From an archaeon (GTDB taxonomy: Archaea; Nanobdellota; Nanobdellia; Woesearchaeales; GW2011-AR9): a DNA stretch of 64,000 nt. The DNA lies in assembly GCA_043812455.1 (NCBI GenBank), contig JBDRMB010000029.1:8303-72302 (forward strand). The letters are read 5' to 3'. The position numbers and the translations under genes are program-made. Of the stretch, positions 37,756 through 46,044 are shown piece by piece (the first letter of the stretch is position 1; each line of letters starts with the position of its first letter). The notes beneath the pieces were generated by a model. It did no database searches, had not been told where the DNA came from, and saw nothing but the letters and a program-made list of their open reading frames with translations.

Positions 37756-38271
37756 TTGAAGAGGAATGCCGATATAGGACTCAATGAAAAAACATTTAAA
37801 TATCGCGGACTTTTCAGTTTTATCATGAAAACAGATTTAGTAATTGCAGGTTATATAATTCATCAAAACAAAGTTTTACTAATTCACCATAGAAAATTAA
37901 ATTTGTGGCTTCCGGTTGGTGGCCACATTGATGAAAACGAAACACCTAATCAAGCATTACTTCGCGAAATCAAAGAAGAAATTGGCATTGATGTAGAAAT
38001 ACTTAATAAAAGCAATATCCCCGCGGAGGGAAATATTAAATGCAATCTCGCTACTCCTTTTTATGTTAATGTTCATTCTGTTGGAGACCATGACCATTGT
38101 TGTTTATTCTATGTTTGTAAAGCGATTAATCCAGAACAATTGAAAATAAACAATGAACTAAAAAATTTTGAATGGTTCGCTAAAGATGACCTAAACAAAG
38201 ATCATGTCCCTGCTGATGTGAAAAATCAAAGCTTAGCAGCCCTAAAATTATATAATAATCTTCTAGATTAA
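37756..38271 (+). CDS. NUDIX hydrolase
   Basis: The Nudix box is GGHIDENETPNQALLREIKEEIGIDV (GX5EX7REUXEEXGU). Confidence 0.75.
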   Translation: MKRNADIGLNEKTFKYRGLFSFIMKTDLVIAGYIIHQNKVLLIHHRKLNLWLPVGGHIDENETPNQALLREIKEEIGIDVEILNKSNIPAEGNIKCNLATPFYVNVHSVGDHDHCCLFYVCKAINPEQLKINNELKNFEWFAKDDLNKDHVPADVKNQSLAALKLYNNLLD

Positions 38272-38285
38272 AACCTAGCGAGAAA

Positions 38286-39227
38286 TTAAGGTGTTTCAAT
38301 GATTTGGATGCTTTTTTGAAGATTTTCTATATAATTGTAATCTAAAGTTATCTGTAATGGGGTTTCGAACGCAGTAGCACCATTGATCCTGAAACTACAA
38401 ATGATCTTACCAGCATCGTTACTCATCCTTACCAACCAGTCAGAAGGAGTACATTTGATTAGACTTCCACCAGTCATTTCTACATTGTACAAGATCTTAT
38501 CCAAATCATCATAATCTAAACTTGCTTCACCACAATTAACAATGTCTGCATAAGGACTTAATACTCTGCCATTACCTGAATTTCGGACACTAATTTCAAA
38601 AATTGCAGTATCTCCAGTCATCTCTACTCCAACATAACTTACACTAACTGGCGCACCTTGACCGCCACCCATCATCACATTTTGTGGAGTACAAGCTTTC
38701 TGTTCAGAAGTTATCTGATAAAATAATGGATCTACACACACGCTTGGACTGGTCCTAGTTTGATAATTGTAACACATAACTAAATTTAAATTTGGTGAGT
38801 ATTCATAAGTTCCAGTCGGTAAATCAATGTTAGAAGATTCCCACTGTACTTGATTATAACCACCATCTAAGTTATAAACACTTTTACCATCAATATCTCC
38901 ACAAGATTGCACATAATTAATGCCTCTTATAATATTAGCATCAAACCCAGTTATCTGTAAATAACAATCGTACGCACTTAAATCATAATTACCTTTATTC
39001 TCTAGTTCAACAATCGCTACAAAATCGTTAATGTCATATATCTTACTTGGAGGATAACCTGTAACAAAACTTGCCTTTAAACCCTCTGTTCCAGACTGAA
39101 CTTGTGCAAGAGCTACAGAAGTTTCCATTGGTTCTTCACCAGCAGGAACCCTGTTACAAGATGCTAATAGAAATACTAAGAGAACTAAAGATACAACTAA
39201 CAACCCTTTTTTGATTCTAAATGCCAT
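38286..39227 (-). CDS. secreted lipoprotein, paralogue 2 (lipobox LLASC)
   Basis: The N-terminus is MAFRIKKGLLVVSLVLLVFLLASCNR. It is a paralogue of 39336 (YDINDFVAIVELENKGNYDLSAYDCYLQITGFDANII versus EVYQAEDIEFQIELKNEGAYDLSNGHLQILGFDSKYV). Confidence 0.5.
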   Translation of the reverse strand: MAFRIKKGLLVVSLVLLVFLLASCNRVPAGEEPMETSVALAQVQSGTEGLKASFVTGYPPSKIYDINDFVAIVELENKGNYDLSAYDCYLQITGFDANIIRGINYVQSCGDIDGKSVYNLDGGYNQVQWESSNIDLPTGTYEYSPNLNLVMCYNYQTRTSPSVCVDPLFYQITSEQKACTPQNVMMGGGQGAPVSVSYVGVEMTGDTAIFEISVRNSGNGRVLSPYADIVNCGEASLDYDDLDKILYNVEMTGGSLIKCTPSDWLVRMSNDAGKIICSFRINGATAFETPLQITLDYNYIENLQKSIQIIETP

Positions 39228-39335
39228 ACACCTATCAAAGCGATAATAAACTTTTTAGTTATTTAAAGCTTTTGTTTAAGTAGCTTTACTAATTATGCTT
39301 AAATCGTACCCACACTTTACTAAAAATCTAATTTC

Positions 39336-40235
39336 TTAACTCCTAACCCTTAAAGTATAATCTTTAGAGACTTTATAAGTATAAAAATATTCTAAGAATA
39401 ACGTTGTTGGATATGAAGAAGTAATATCATGATATTTTGTACAGACTAGTTCTGCATATTGTTCATCTTCAAACTCAAAACTTTTATCTCCGGTCTTTCT
39501 AAATTCACAATCAATAGTATCCTGACCTAGATTTGATTTAATTAAAGTAACTTCTTCAGCCTGACTTCTTGAACTACCCATATTTTCTATCAAAATTCTA
39601 AATTCAACTTTAGTACCTGTACTGATTTCTTCAATTTCAGTTACTGCTAATGGGCCGCCTTGCCCGCCTAACCTCATTGGATTTGGATAATCTCTACTAC
39701 CTACAGTACAGCCACCATAAACTTCATAATCCGGTTCAGAAGGATCAATACAGACATCAACTGCTAGCTCATTACTATAGTCATAAGTTGCAGTGATGAG
39801 ATAAGGAAAATCTTGCCGTTCAGCACCAACTTTAATGTCCCATACACTAGCTTCAAAATTTAAATTTTCTTTATCTCCAACCGGATTTGTAACACTTCTG
39901 CCTTCCATCACACCACCTTTAGTTGGAAAACTTTTACCTTCCCAATCATATATGTCAACATATTTAGAATCAAAACCTAAAATTTGTAAATGACCGTTAG
40001 ATAAATCGTATGCTCCTTCATTTTTTAGTTCAATTTGAAATTCAATATCTTCAGCTTGGTAAACTTCATCAGGAGGATAATTTTTCACTTTTTCAATTAC
40101 CAAACCAGTATAACCCTGTTTATATGTTCCTTCAAAGGCTGCACCAGTATCTTCAGAACTACAAGAACTTAAAAGTAAGCTTAACATTAAAATCGCACAG
40201 ATTACAATTGTAAATTTAATTTTTTTAATTTTCAT
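39336..40235 (-). CDS. secreted lipoprotein, paralogue 3 (lipobox LLSSC)
   Basis: The N-terminus is MKIKKIKFTIVICAILMLSLLLSSCSS. See the paralogy evidence above. Confidence 0.5.
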   Translation of the reverse strand: MKIKKIKFTIVICAILMLSLLLSSCSSEDTGAAFEGTYKQGYTGLVIEKVKNYPPDEVYQAEDIEFQIELKNEGAYDLSNGHLQILGFDSKYVDIYDWEGKSFPTKGGVMEGRSVTNPVGDKENLNFEASVWDIKVGAERQDFPYLITATYDYSNELAVDVCIDPSEPDYEVYGGCTVGSRDYPNPMRLGGQGGPLAVTEIEEISTGTKVEFRILIENMGSSRSQAEEVTLIKSNLGQDTIDCEFRKTGDKSFEFEDEQYAELVCTKYHDITSSYPTTLFLEYFYTYKVSKDYTLRVRS

Positions 40236-40266
40236 TTCTTATTTTATTTTTTTTAATTTCACTTTT

Positions 40267-42204
40267 TCAAACTATTGTAACAGTAATTGTATTTTGTGTA
40301 CTGATTTGATAATCATAATTCAAAATTGCATCAAAAGATTGTACTACAAAATCCTGGGCAGCAATCAAATCTTCCATCTCTGCACCCCATTCCAAGAAGC
40401 AAAGAGATAAAGGGATATCAGAACCTTTGCTAGTTTTATCAGGAACAATTACTGTACCACCTTGCAAACAACTAACATCTAAATCTCCTGGATTATACAT
40501 GTAAGGTTCCAAGTCAATAAAATAATCATTAACATTTATTATTTTTCCAGTACCAGCGTTTTCAATTGATGATACTAAAAGTAAATTATCATCTTTTTCT
40601 ATAATTGGATTAGTTTCTGGTTGACCAAACCCAAAATTTATCCGCGCAAATTCATCTGGTGCACTTGATAAAGCATTAGTACCTGAAAAGTATGTACTTC
40701 TTGCTTCTGCTAAAAGTTCATTATTTTCGTCATAATCTTCAACAAACATTCTAGTTAATGTTGAAGTAGTTTCCAGGCCACTAAACTCTGCTTGATAAGT
40801 TAATGTATAACTCCCATTCAGAAGTTGACCACTTGGTGGACTACAGATTGCCGCTAAAGTATCTGACTTCTCATTAAAAGTAATACTTGAACTTGGAGAA
40901 ATCTCACCTAAGAAACTTTCAGAATTGTCTGAACTACCAGTCTTAGTAAAATTACATATTAATGTTATTCCTAATTCTTGTTCTCTTGGGTTTTCAATTT
41001 CTAAGTTTATTGGATATTGTAAAGCTTGAGTTGTGCCAACACTGACTACTCGTTTTGTTGGAAAACTGTTTCTGTCAACCTTAAAACTAGCTTCGGTCTT
41101 TTCCAAGATTGATCTGTCAACAGTACCTTGTGCAGTTTGTTGTTCATCTTCTTCAATTCTAGTTTTTTCATCTTCTAAACAACGATTATAATCTGAACTT
41201 CCTTCAGTGAAACCATAAACATCGCTGCAAGTATACTTCACTTGAGAATTAAGCTGCCTTTCGGCCACGCAATCATCCACATCAAACCCACCAATGTCAG
41301 CAACGTTTTGTATTGCCTGAAGTGTACATATAAAATTTGACCAGCCCGGATTTTCAGTTTTCGGTGCTTGTTCTCTTAACTGTTCTTGTGCACCTTCAAG
41401 ATCCTCAAGACCTGGAACTACAGAATTTTCATAAGCCACAGTAGGAATCACTGGAATGAGTATTACAACAACCAAATAAAGGATTCCTATAACTCGTGCA
41501 ACATTAATAACGGTATTGCTGCCTTTACCTTCTTCAGTAGGCAACATTAACAATCCAAAAAATGCCCACCATGGCATAAAAAGTACCATGTATTCAAAAC
41601 CATCTTTAACTGCAAAACCTAAAGTTTCAACAAGAAAAGGAATAAGTCCGGCGTCTAGATAAAAAAATAGTACTGGCAACAAACCCCACAATTCTGGACG
41701 AGTTACCCTACCCTTAGTGATGACCATAGAACCAAAAAGGATTAGTATTGAAATTCCTCCAAAGTACATTAAAAAATTTGGGTCATAATTTCCACCAAAA
41801 ACAAAGTACCATAATATCCATATGGCCATTGGTATAAATACTGCAAATTTATCTACTTGAACCTTATTAGAAACAGCATAGCCTGCAAAGATAAATAGTA
41901 AAAAAGAAAGTATTAAAGTTAAGGTTGAATAACCGACAACAAGTTTAACGAAAAAATAAACACCACCGATGATCATCATCACAAAACTAATATTCTTCAA
42001 AGCACTAACAGCATTTGCACCCGCTGCAGCACCTGCACCCCAAATAACTCCCGGACCCGCACTTGCTGCAGCACCCGCACCGCCAGCAAGACCAGTAGCA
42101 CCTTTCAATGCTCCAAGAGCGCCAGCTGCTTTACTTCCAGCACCAGCTGCTGCACTACCTATTCCTTTTAACACTCCTCCTGCTGCTGCACTCTCGCCGG
42201 CCAT
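40267..42204 (-). CDS. polytopic membrane protein: Gly/Ala-rich low-complexity N-terminal region (about 70 aa), about 6-7 TM helices, then about 330-aa extracellular beta-rich domain
   Basis: The N-terminus is AAGGVLKGIGSAAAGAGSKAAGALGALKGATGLAGGAGAAASAGPGVIWGAGAAAG, encoded by a GC-rich island. There are multiple hydrophobic helices (IGGVYFFVKLVVGY, TLILSFLLFIFAGYAV, MAIWILWYFVFGG, ...). No known family recognised. Confidence 0.5.
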   Translation of the reverse strand: MAGESAAAGGVLKGIGSAAAGAGSKAAGALGALKGATGLAGGAGAAASAGPGVIWGAGAAAGANAVSALKNISFVMMIIGGVYFFVKLVVGYSTLTLILSFLLFIFAGYAVSNKVQVDKFAVFIPMAIWILWYFVFGGNYDPNFLMYFGGISILILFGSMVITKGRVTRPELWGLLPVLFFYLDAGLIPFLVETLGFAVKDGFEYMVLFMPWWAFFGLLMLPTEEGKGSNTVINVARVIGILYLVVVILIPVIPTVAYENSVVPGLEDLEGAQEQLREQAPKTENPGWSNFICTLQAIQNVADIGGFDVDDCVAERQLNSQVKYTCSDVYGFTEGSSDYNRCLEDEKTRIEEDEQQTAQGTVDRSILEKTEASFKVDRNSFPTKRVVSVGTTQALQYPINLEIENPREQELGITLICNFTKTGSSDNSESFLGEISPSSSITFNEKSDTLAAICSPPSGQLLNGSYTLTYQAEFSGLETTSTLTRMFVEDYDENNELLAEARSTYFSGTNALSSAPDEFARINFGFGQPETNPIIEKDDNLLLVSSIENAGTGKIINVNDYFIDLEPYMYNPGDLDVSCLQGGTVIVPDKTSKGSDIPLSLCFLEWGAEMEDLIAAQDFVVQSFDAILNYDYQISTQNTITVTIV

Positions 42205-42300
42205 CCATTTACCTCTTTACATTACTATCTAGTTCAATCGTCTAGCTTTTAATTTATATAATAAGAAATAAAAACTTAAGCATATAAAAAGGTTGCTACT

Positions 42301-43491
42301 CTAATCTTCCTTCAATTCAACAGTAAGTTCGCGAACTTCGATAGTCTTACTTGGTACCACTTGTAATGCATTGTTACCTTCAACAACATCATCACTAATA
42401 TCAATAGTATAAGACAATTCCCTAGTATCAAAATGACTTTTATCCCCGTTTACATTGATATAACCAGTCTTTTCAGAAGTGTCATCAACAAAATCTAAAG
42501 TTACTTTAACAAAACTATCTTCATCTTCAACAGATTCCAGTTCTTCTTTGTCAAGTCCAAAATAATAAGTAGTATACTCAATTTCTTCCAAATTAGAGAT
42601 AATTTTCATATGATAAAGTTCATACTCTTCATATTCAGTGTAAAAAGTAATATCATTCTCACCGCGATAAACTAGTTCTGGTGAAAACTCGATTGGAACC
42701 ATACTCAAACCACAATCTGGAACTCCAGAATAAATATTATAATCGTTAATTGTGATGATTAATCTTCCAACATCATCATAATCACATTCTGGCTGGAACC
42801 TCAATTCCAATGCTTCTAAGTTATCATATTCAGTTTCTGATATTAAGAAAGTATTGCTTGCAGATTGGAAATTTAAATCAGTTACTCTTCCTACAACTTT
42901 TACTCTTTCAATACTGGCAGAATTAGTTTTCCAGAATGCAAGTCCTGGTGAAGAAACGCTAATACTAACATTGTTAACATTTTCTAATGAATAATCAGGA
43001 ATAGTGATTATTGGATTTTCGTTCTCATCCAACGGTTTATTGTAAAGTTCTTCCCCATTAACAGTTATTATCAAATTCCCTTGTCCTGAACTTATGGAAA
43101 AACTCATTACAACACTATCAGTATTATCTAAATCATCAACTTCAAAAGTAAATTCAGCAGCTTCTTCAGAAAAAATACCATTTTTTGCATAAAGTGTACT
43201 TTTCTCTAACAGAATTTTACTTTCAGTTTTTGTATAAATGCGCATTGAAGCCAAGCTGTGTTCAACTTCATCCAAAGACAAATATTCAATTTTTCCAGGA
43301 TATTCACTTAAGAGAACTTGTTCTTCAACAGTTGAACTGGTATCTTCAACACTCCCCCCATCAGAATCGCCCAAAATGTTTGCTCTTTCTTCAGGAGATA
43401 CTACAATAATGAACATGATAATCAAACCAGCCACAATAGCTAAAAATATTGCTGCTGCTGCAGCTTGCCCCTTTTTACTTGACTTAAACAT
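42301..43491 (-). CDS. surface protein with class III (type IV pilin-like) signal peptide candidate; start trimmed to Met at 43491
   Basis: MFKSSKKGQAAAAAIFLAIVAGLIIMFIIVV consists of a basic stretch, KG|Q, and about a 22-aa hydrophobic helix, as in archaeal prepilin-peptidase substrates. The ORF-track extension upstream reads through GC-rich element copy c and was dropped. Confidence 0.45.
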   Translation of the reverse strand: MFKSSKKGQAAAAAIFLAIVAGLIIMFIIVVSPEERANILGDSDGGSVEDTSSTVEEQVLLSEYPGKIEYLSLDEVEHSLASMRIYTKTESKILLEKSTLYAKNGIFSEEAAEFTFEVDDLDNTDSVVMSFSISSGQGNLIITVNGEELYNKPLDENENPIITIPDYSLENVNNVSISVSSPGLAFWKTNSASIERVKVVGRVTDLNFQSASNTFLISETEYDNLEALELRFQPECDYDDVGRLIITINDYNIYSGVPDCGLSMVPIEFSPELVYRGENDITFYTEYEEYELYHMKIISNLEEIEYTTYYFGLDKEELESVEDEDSFVKVTLDFVDDTSEKTGYINVNGDKSHFDTRELSYTIDISDDVVEGNNALQVVPSKTIEVRELTVELKED

Positions 43492-43602
43492 CTTCAAGGT
43501 AAAATAAGTACTCTCTGATATATAAATATTGCTTTTCTTGAGGCACCGTAGAATTGCTTTTTGCATCCAAAGGTCAAAACTTTTTCTATAAACATAATCA
43601 GG

Positions 43603-43699
43603 CTCGTCGCGAGGGGTTGCCCCATACATGAAAATCAAAAACTATTGATTTTCAGTACTGAAATTAAGTAGTTTCTTAATTTCATGTACGGGAACGCAG
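43603..43699. repeat. GC-rich structured element, copy c, interrupted by a 62-nt AT-rich insertion (43628-43689) bounded by a 9-bp inverted repeat TACATGAAA/TTTCATGTA and containing three internal hairpins
   Basis: The core halves CTCGTCGCGAGGGGTTGCCCCATAC and GGGAACGCAG are collinear with copy b at 11686-11720. The insert has hairpins AATCAA-aaacta-TTGATT, TTCAG-ta-CTGAA and ATTAAG-tagttt-CTTAAT inside a closing stem, giving a cloverleaf-like fold. Confidence 0.35.
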
Positions 43700-43853
43700 A
43701 TCTATTGATAAAATATTGAAAGTTTTGAAGATGCATTTAGCAATTCTACAGAGCCTTTTCTTTAGAAGAGCTAAAAAGTTAGCATCCTGAGGTCACAAAA
43801 CAAGAAAAATTAAATAAAGCAACAGATAAACTAACTATAAGCACAAACCAAAA

Positions 43854-44906
43854 ATGGACATTATCAACAAAGATTTCAAAAAAGGTACTGTAAAGTTAAA
43901 AATTAACGATGCTGATGATCTATGGTATCTTAGCCATTTAATAGATCCTGGCGATTTTGTTAGAAGTAAAACTACTCGAAAAATTAAAATTGGTGATAAT
44001 GAAAATGCTTCGGTTGTCAAGAAGACTGTAACTTTAACAATTGAAGCCGAAAAAGTTGAGTATGTTGTAGAAAATAATATTCTTAGAGTTAATGGAAAAA
44101 TTGCGCAAGGTCCAGAAGAATATCCTAAAGGAAGTTACCAAAATATTAGTTTAGAAGAAGGTAGCGAATTCTTACTTGAAAAAGTTCACTGGATGAAATA
44201 TCAAAAAGATAAATTGAAAGAAGCTAGTGAAAAAAAATACAGTTATTTGATTTGCTTATTTGATCGCGAAGAAGCTTTATTTGCTTTAACTAAAAAGTCA
44301 GGCTACCAGATTCTTGGTAAAGCTACTAGTGATTTACCTAAAAAGGGTAATCCTAGCCCGGCACAACAAAGTAACTTTTATCAAGAAATAATCAAAGCAT
44401 TAGATACTTATCAAGCAAGATATAACTCTGAAAGTATTATTCTAGCTTCTCCAGCTTTTTATAGAGAAGATTTATTGAAACAAGTTAAAGATAAAGAGCT
44501 CAGAGCAAAGATTGTAAGTGTTGTGTGCAATTCCGTTAGTGACCCGGCTTTAGATGAAGTCATGCGCAGACCAGAACTTAGAGAAGTACTTAAACAAAGC
44601 AGAAATAGAGAAGAAATGCTTTTAGTCGAAGAATTGTTGGAAGAAATCGGTAAGAATGGTCTTTATTCTTACGGTAAAAAAGAAGTTCTTAGCGCAGTTG
44701 AAGCTGGTGCAGTTTCAAGATTGCTCTTAACGGAAAAACTAGTACAAAAAGAAAGAATGGAAGGGGATTATACTAAAATTGATGAAGCCCTGAAAATGGT
44801 TGATAACTTAAAAGGTGAAGTCCATATCATTTCAAGCGAAAATGATGCCGGTAAAAAAATTGATGGTTTAGGTGGAATTGCCGCAATTTTAAGATATAAA
44901 ATTTAA
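43854..44906 (+). CDS. pelA: Pelota/Dom34 homologue (mRNA surveillance, ribosome rescue)
   Basis: 350 aa. It has the eRF1-like three-domain organisation without a GGQ motif. The N-terminus MDIINKDFKKGTVKLKINDADDLWYLSHLIDPGDFV is typical of archaeal Pelota. Confidence 0.75.
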   Translation: MDIINKDFKKGTVKLKINDADDLWYLSHLIDPGDFVRSKTTRKIKIGDNENASVVKKTVTLTIEAEKVEYVVENNILRVNGKIAQGPEEYPKGSYQNISLEEGSEFLLEKVHWMKYQKDKLKEASEKKYSYLICLFDREEALFALTKKSGYQILGKATSDLPKKGNPSPAQQSNFYQEIIKALDTYQARYNSESIILASPAFYREDLLKQVKDKELRAKIVSVVCNSVSDPALDEVMRRPELREVLKQSRNREEMLLVEELLEEIGKNGLYSYGKKEVLSAVEAGAVSRLLLTEKLVQKERMEGDYTKIDEALKMVDNLKGEVHIISSENDAGKKIDGLGGIAAILRYKI

Positions 44907-45000
44907 TTCTGAGATTCCAATTTTTAGTAAACATTAGTATAAAAAGAATATACTTCTCTGAAAATAATTTCTAAAATATTGTTATTTATCCTCTATTTTT

Positions 45001-45020
45001 AAAAACTTTTAAAAGTTTTT
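45001..45020. terminator. perfect 20-nt palindrome AAAAACTTTTAAAAGTTTTT flanked by T-runs, downstream of pelota
   Basis: Read from the sequence. It is an oligo-T-rich context of the kind archaeal terminators use. It could equally be an operator for the downstream trmB-like gene. Confidence 0.3.
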
Positions 45021-45168
45021 TACCCCTTAAGCGTTATTTTGCAAAACCACAACCTTTTAATAGTAGTTCTTTTTACTGATAAGCTAGTAACAAAAAATTG
45101 AATTTACCAAAATTTGATGGTTGTTACAAGTTTAATTTGTTTCAAAAAAAGAGGGGGTTTGGGGTAAA

Positions 45169-45966
45169 ATGATTGTAAAAGACGATTTATTGGTCGAATT
45201 GAGAAGATATTTCGACTTGAACTTGTACGAAGTTAAACTGTGGGCAGCATTACTTAGTAGAGGTGTTTCTACAGCAGGTGAACTTTCTGATATTGCAGAC
45301 GTACCAAGAAGTAGAAGTTATGACGTTCTAGAATCTTTAGAAAAGAAAGGTTTTGTAGTAATGAAAACAGGTAAGCCAATCAAGTATATTGCAATTCCAC
45401 CAACTGAAGTAGTTAACAGAGTTAAGAAAAATATGCAAATTAACGCTCAGGAAAAAATTAAAAGATTAGATACCGTTAAGAACTCAGAATTATTAAATGA
45501 ATTAGAATCACTACATTCTAACGGAATTGCTTTAGTTGATCCAACAGAATTGAGTGGATGTTTGAAAGGCCGACATAATTTATACAACCATTTAGATTAC
45601 TTAATTAAGAATTCTAAGAAAAGTGTTAACATTATGACCACTGATCAAGGATTTTTAAGAAAAGCAGAAGGTTTAAAATCTTCATTGGAAAAAGCTAGGA
45701 AAAGAGGAGTTAAAGTTAGGATTGCAGCTCCAATGAACAAAGAAAACAAAAAAGCTAAAGATGGTCTGAAAGGTATTGCTGACATTAGAAACTTAACTAA
45801 AATTAATTCCAGGTTTGTTAATGTTGATGGAAAAGATTTGGTGTTTATGATGTTGAACGATAAAGAGGTTCACCCAACTTATGATTTAGGAATTTGGGTA
45901 AAGACTCCATTCTTCGCAACATCTATGGACAGCATGTTTGACCATGTTTGGAATACCTTAAAATAA
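45169..45966 (+). CDS. TrmB-family transcriptional regulator
   Basis: The N-terminal wHTH is LNLYEVKLWAALLSRGVSTAGELSDIADVPRSRSYDVLESLEKKGFV. Its length and C-terminal domain are consistent with TrmB. Confidence 0.7.
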   Translation: MIVKDDLLVELRRYFDLNLYEVKLWAALLSRGVSTAGELSDIADVPRSRSYDVLESLEKKGFVVMKTGKPIKYIAIPPTEVVNRVKKNMQINAQEKIKRLDTVKNSELLNELESLHSNGIALVDPTELSGCLKGRHNLYNHLDYLIKNSKKSVNIMTTDQGFLRKAEGLKSSLEKARKRGVKVRIAAPMNKENKKAKDGLKGIADIRNLTKINSRFVNVDGKDLVFMMLNDKEVHPTYDLGIWVKTPFFATSMDSMFDHVWNTLK

Positions 45967-46044
45967 GGTTTTTTTAACCTTAATTTTTATTTTTCTCTTT
46001 CTTAATTTATTGCTTTTAACTTTACAACCGAGTTAATTTTATAA

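Noticed and set aside
41969-42232. 87-aa Ala/Pro-rich plus-strand ORF
   Set aside because: It is antisense to the Gly/Ala-coding segment of the 645-aa membrane protein. It is a mirror low-complexity ORF with no start context and is regarded as spurious.
43492-43638. N-terminal 49-residue extension of ORF 42301..43638
   Set aside because: The extension reads through GC-rich element copy c. The downstream Met gives a textbook basic-then-hydrophobic signal peptide, so the gene was trimmed to 43491.
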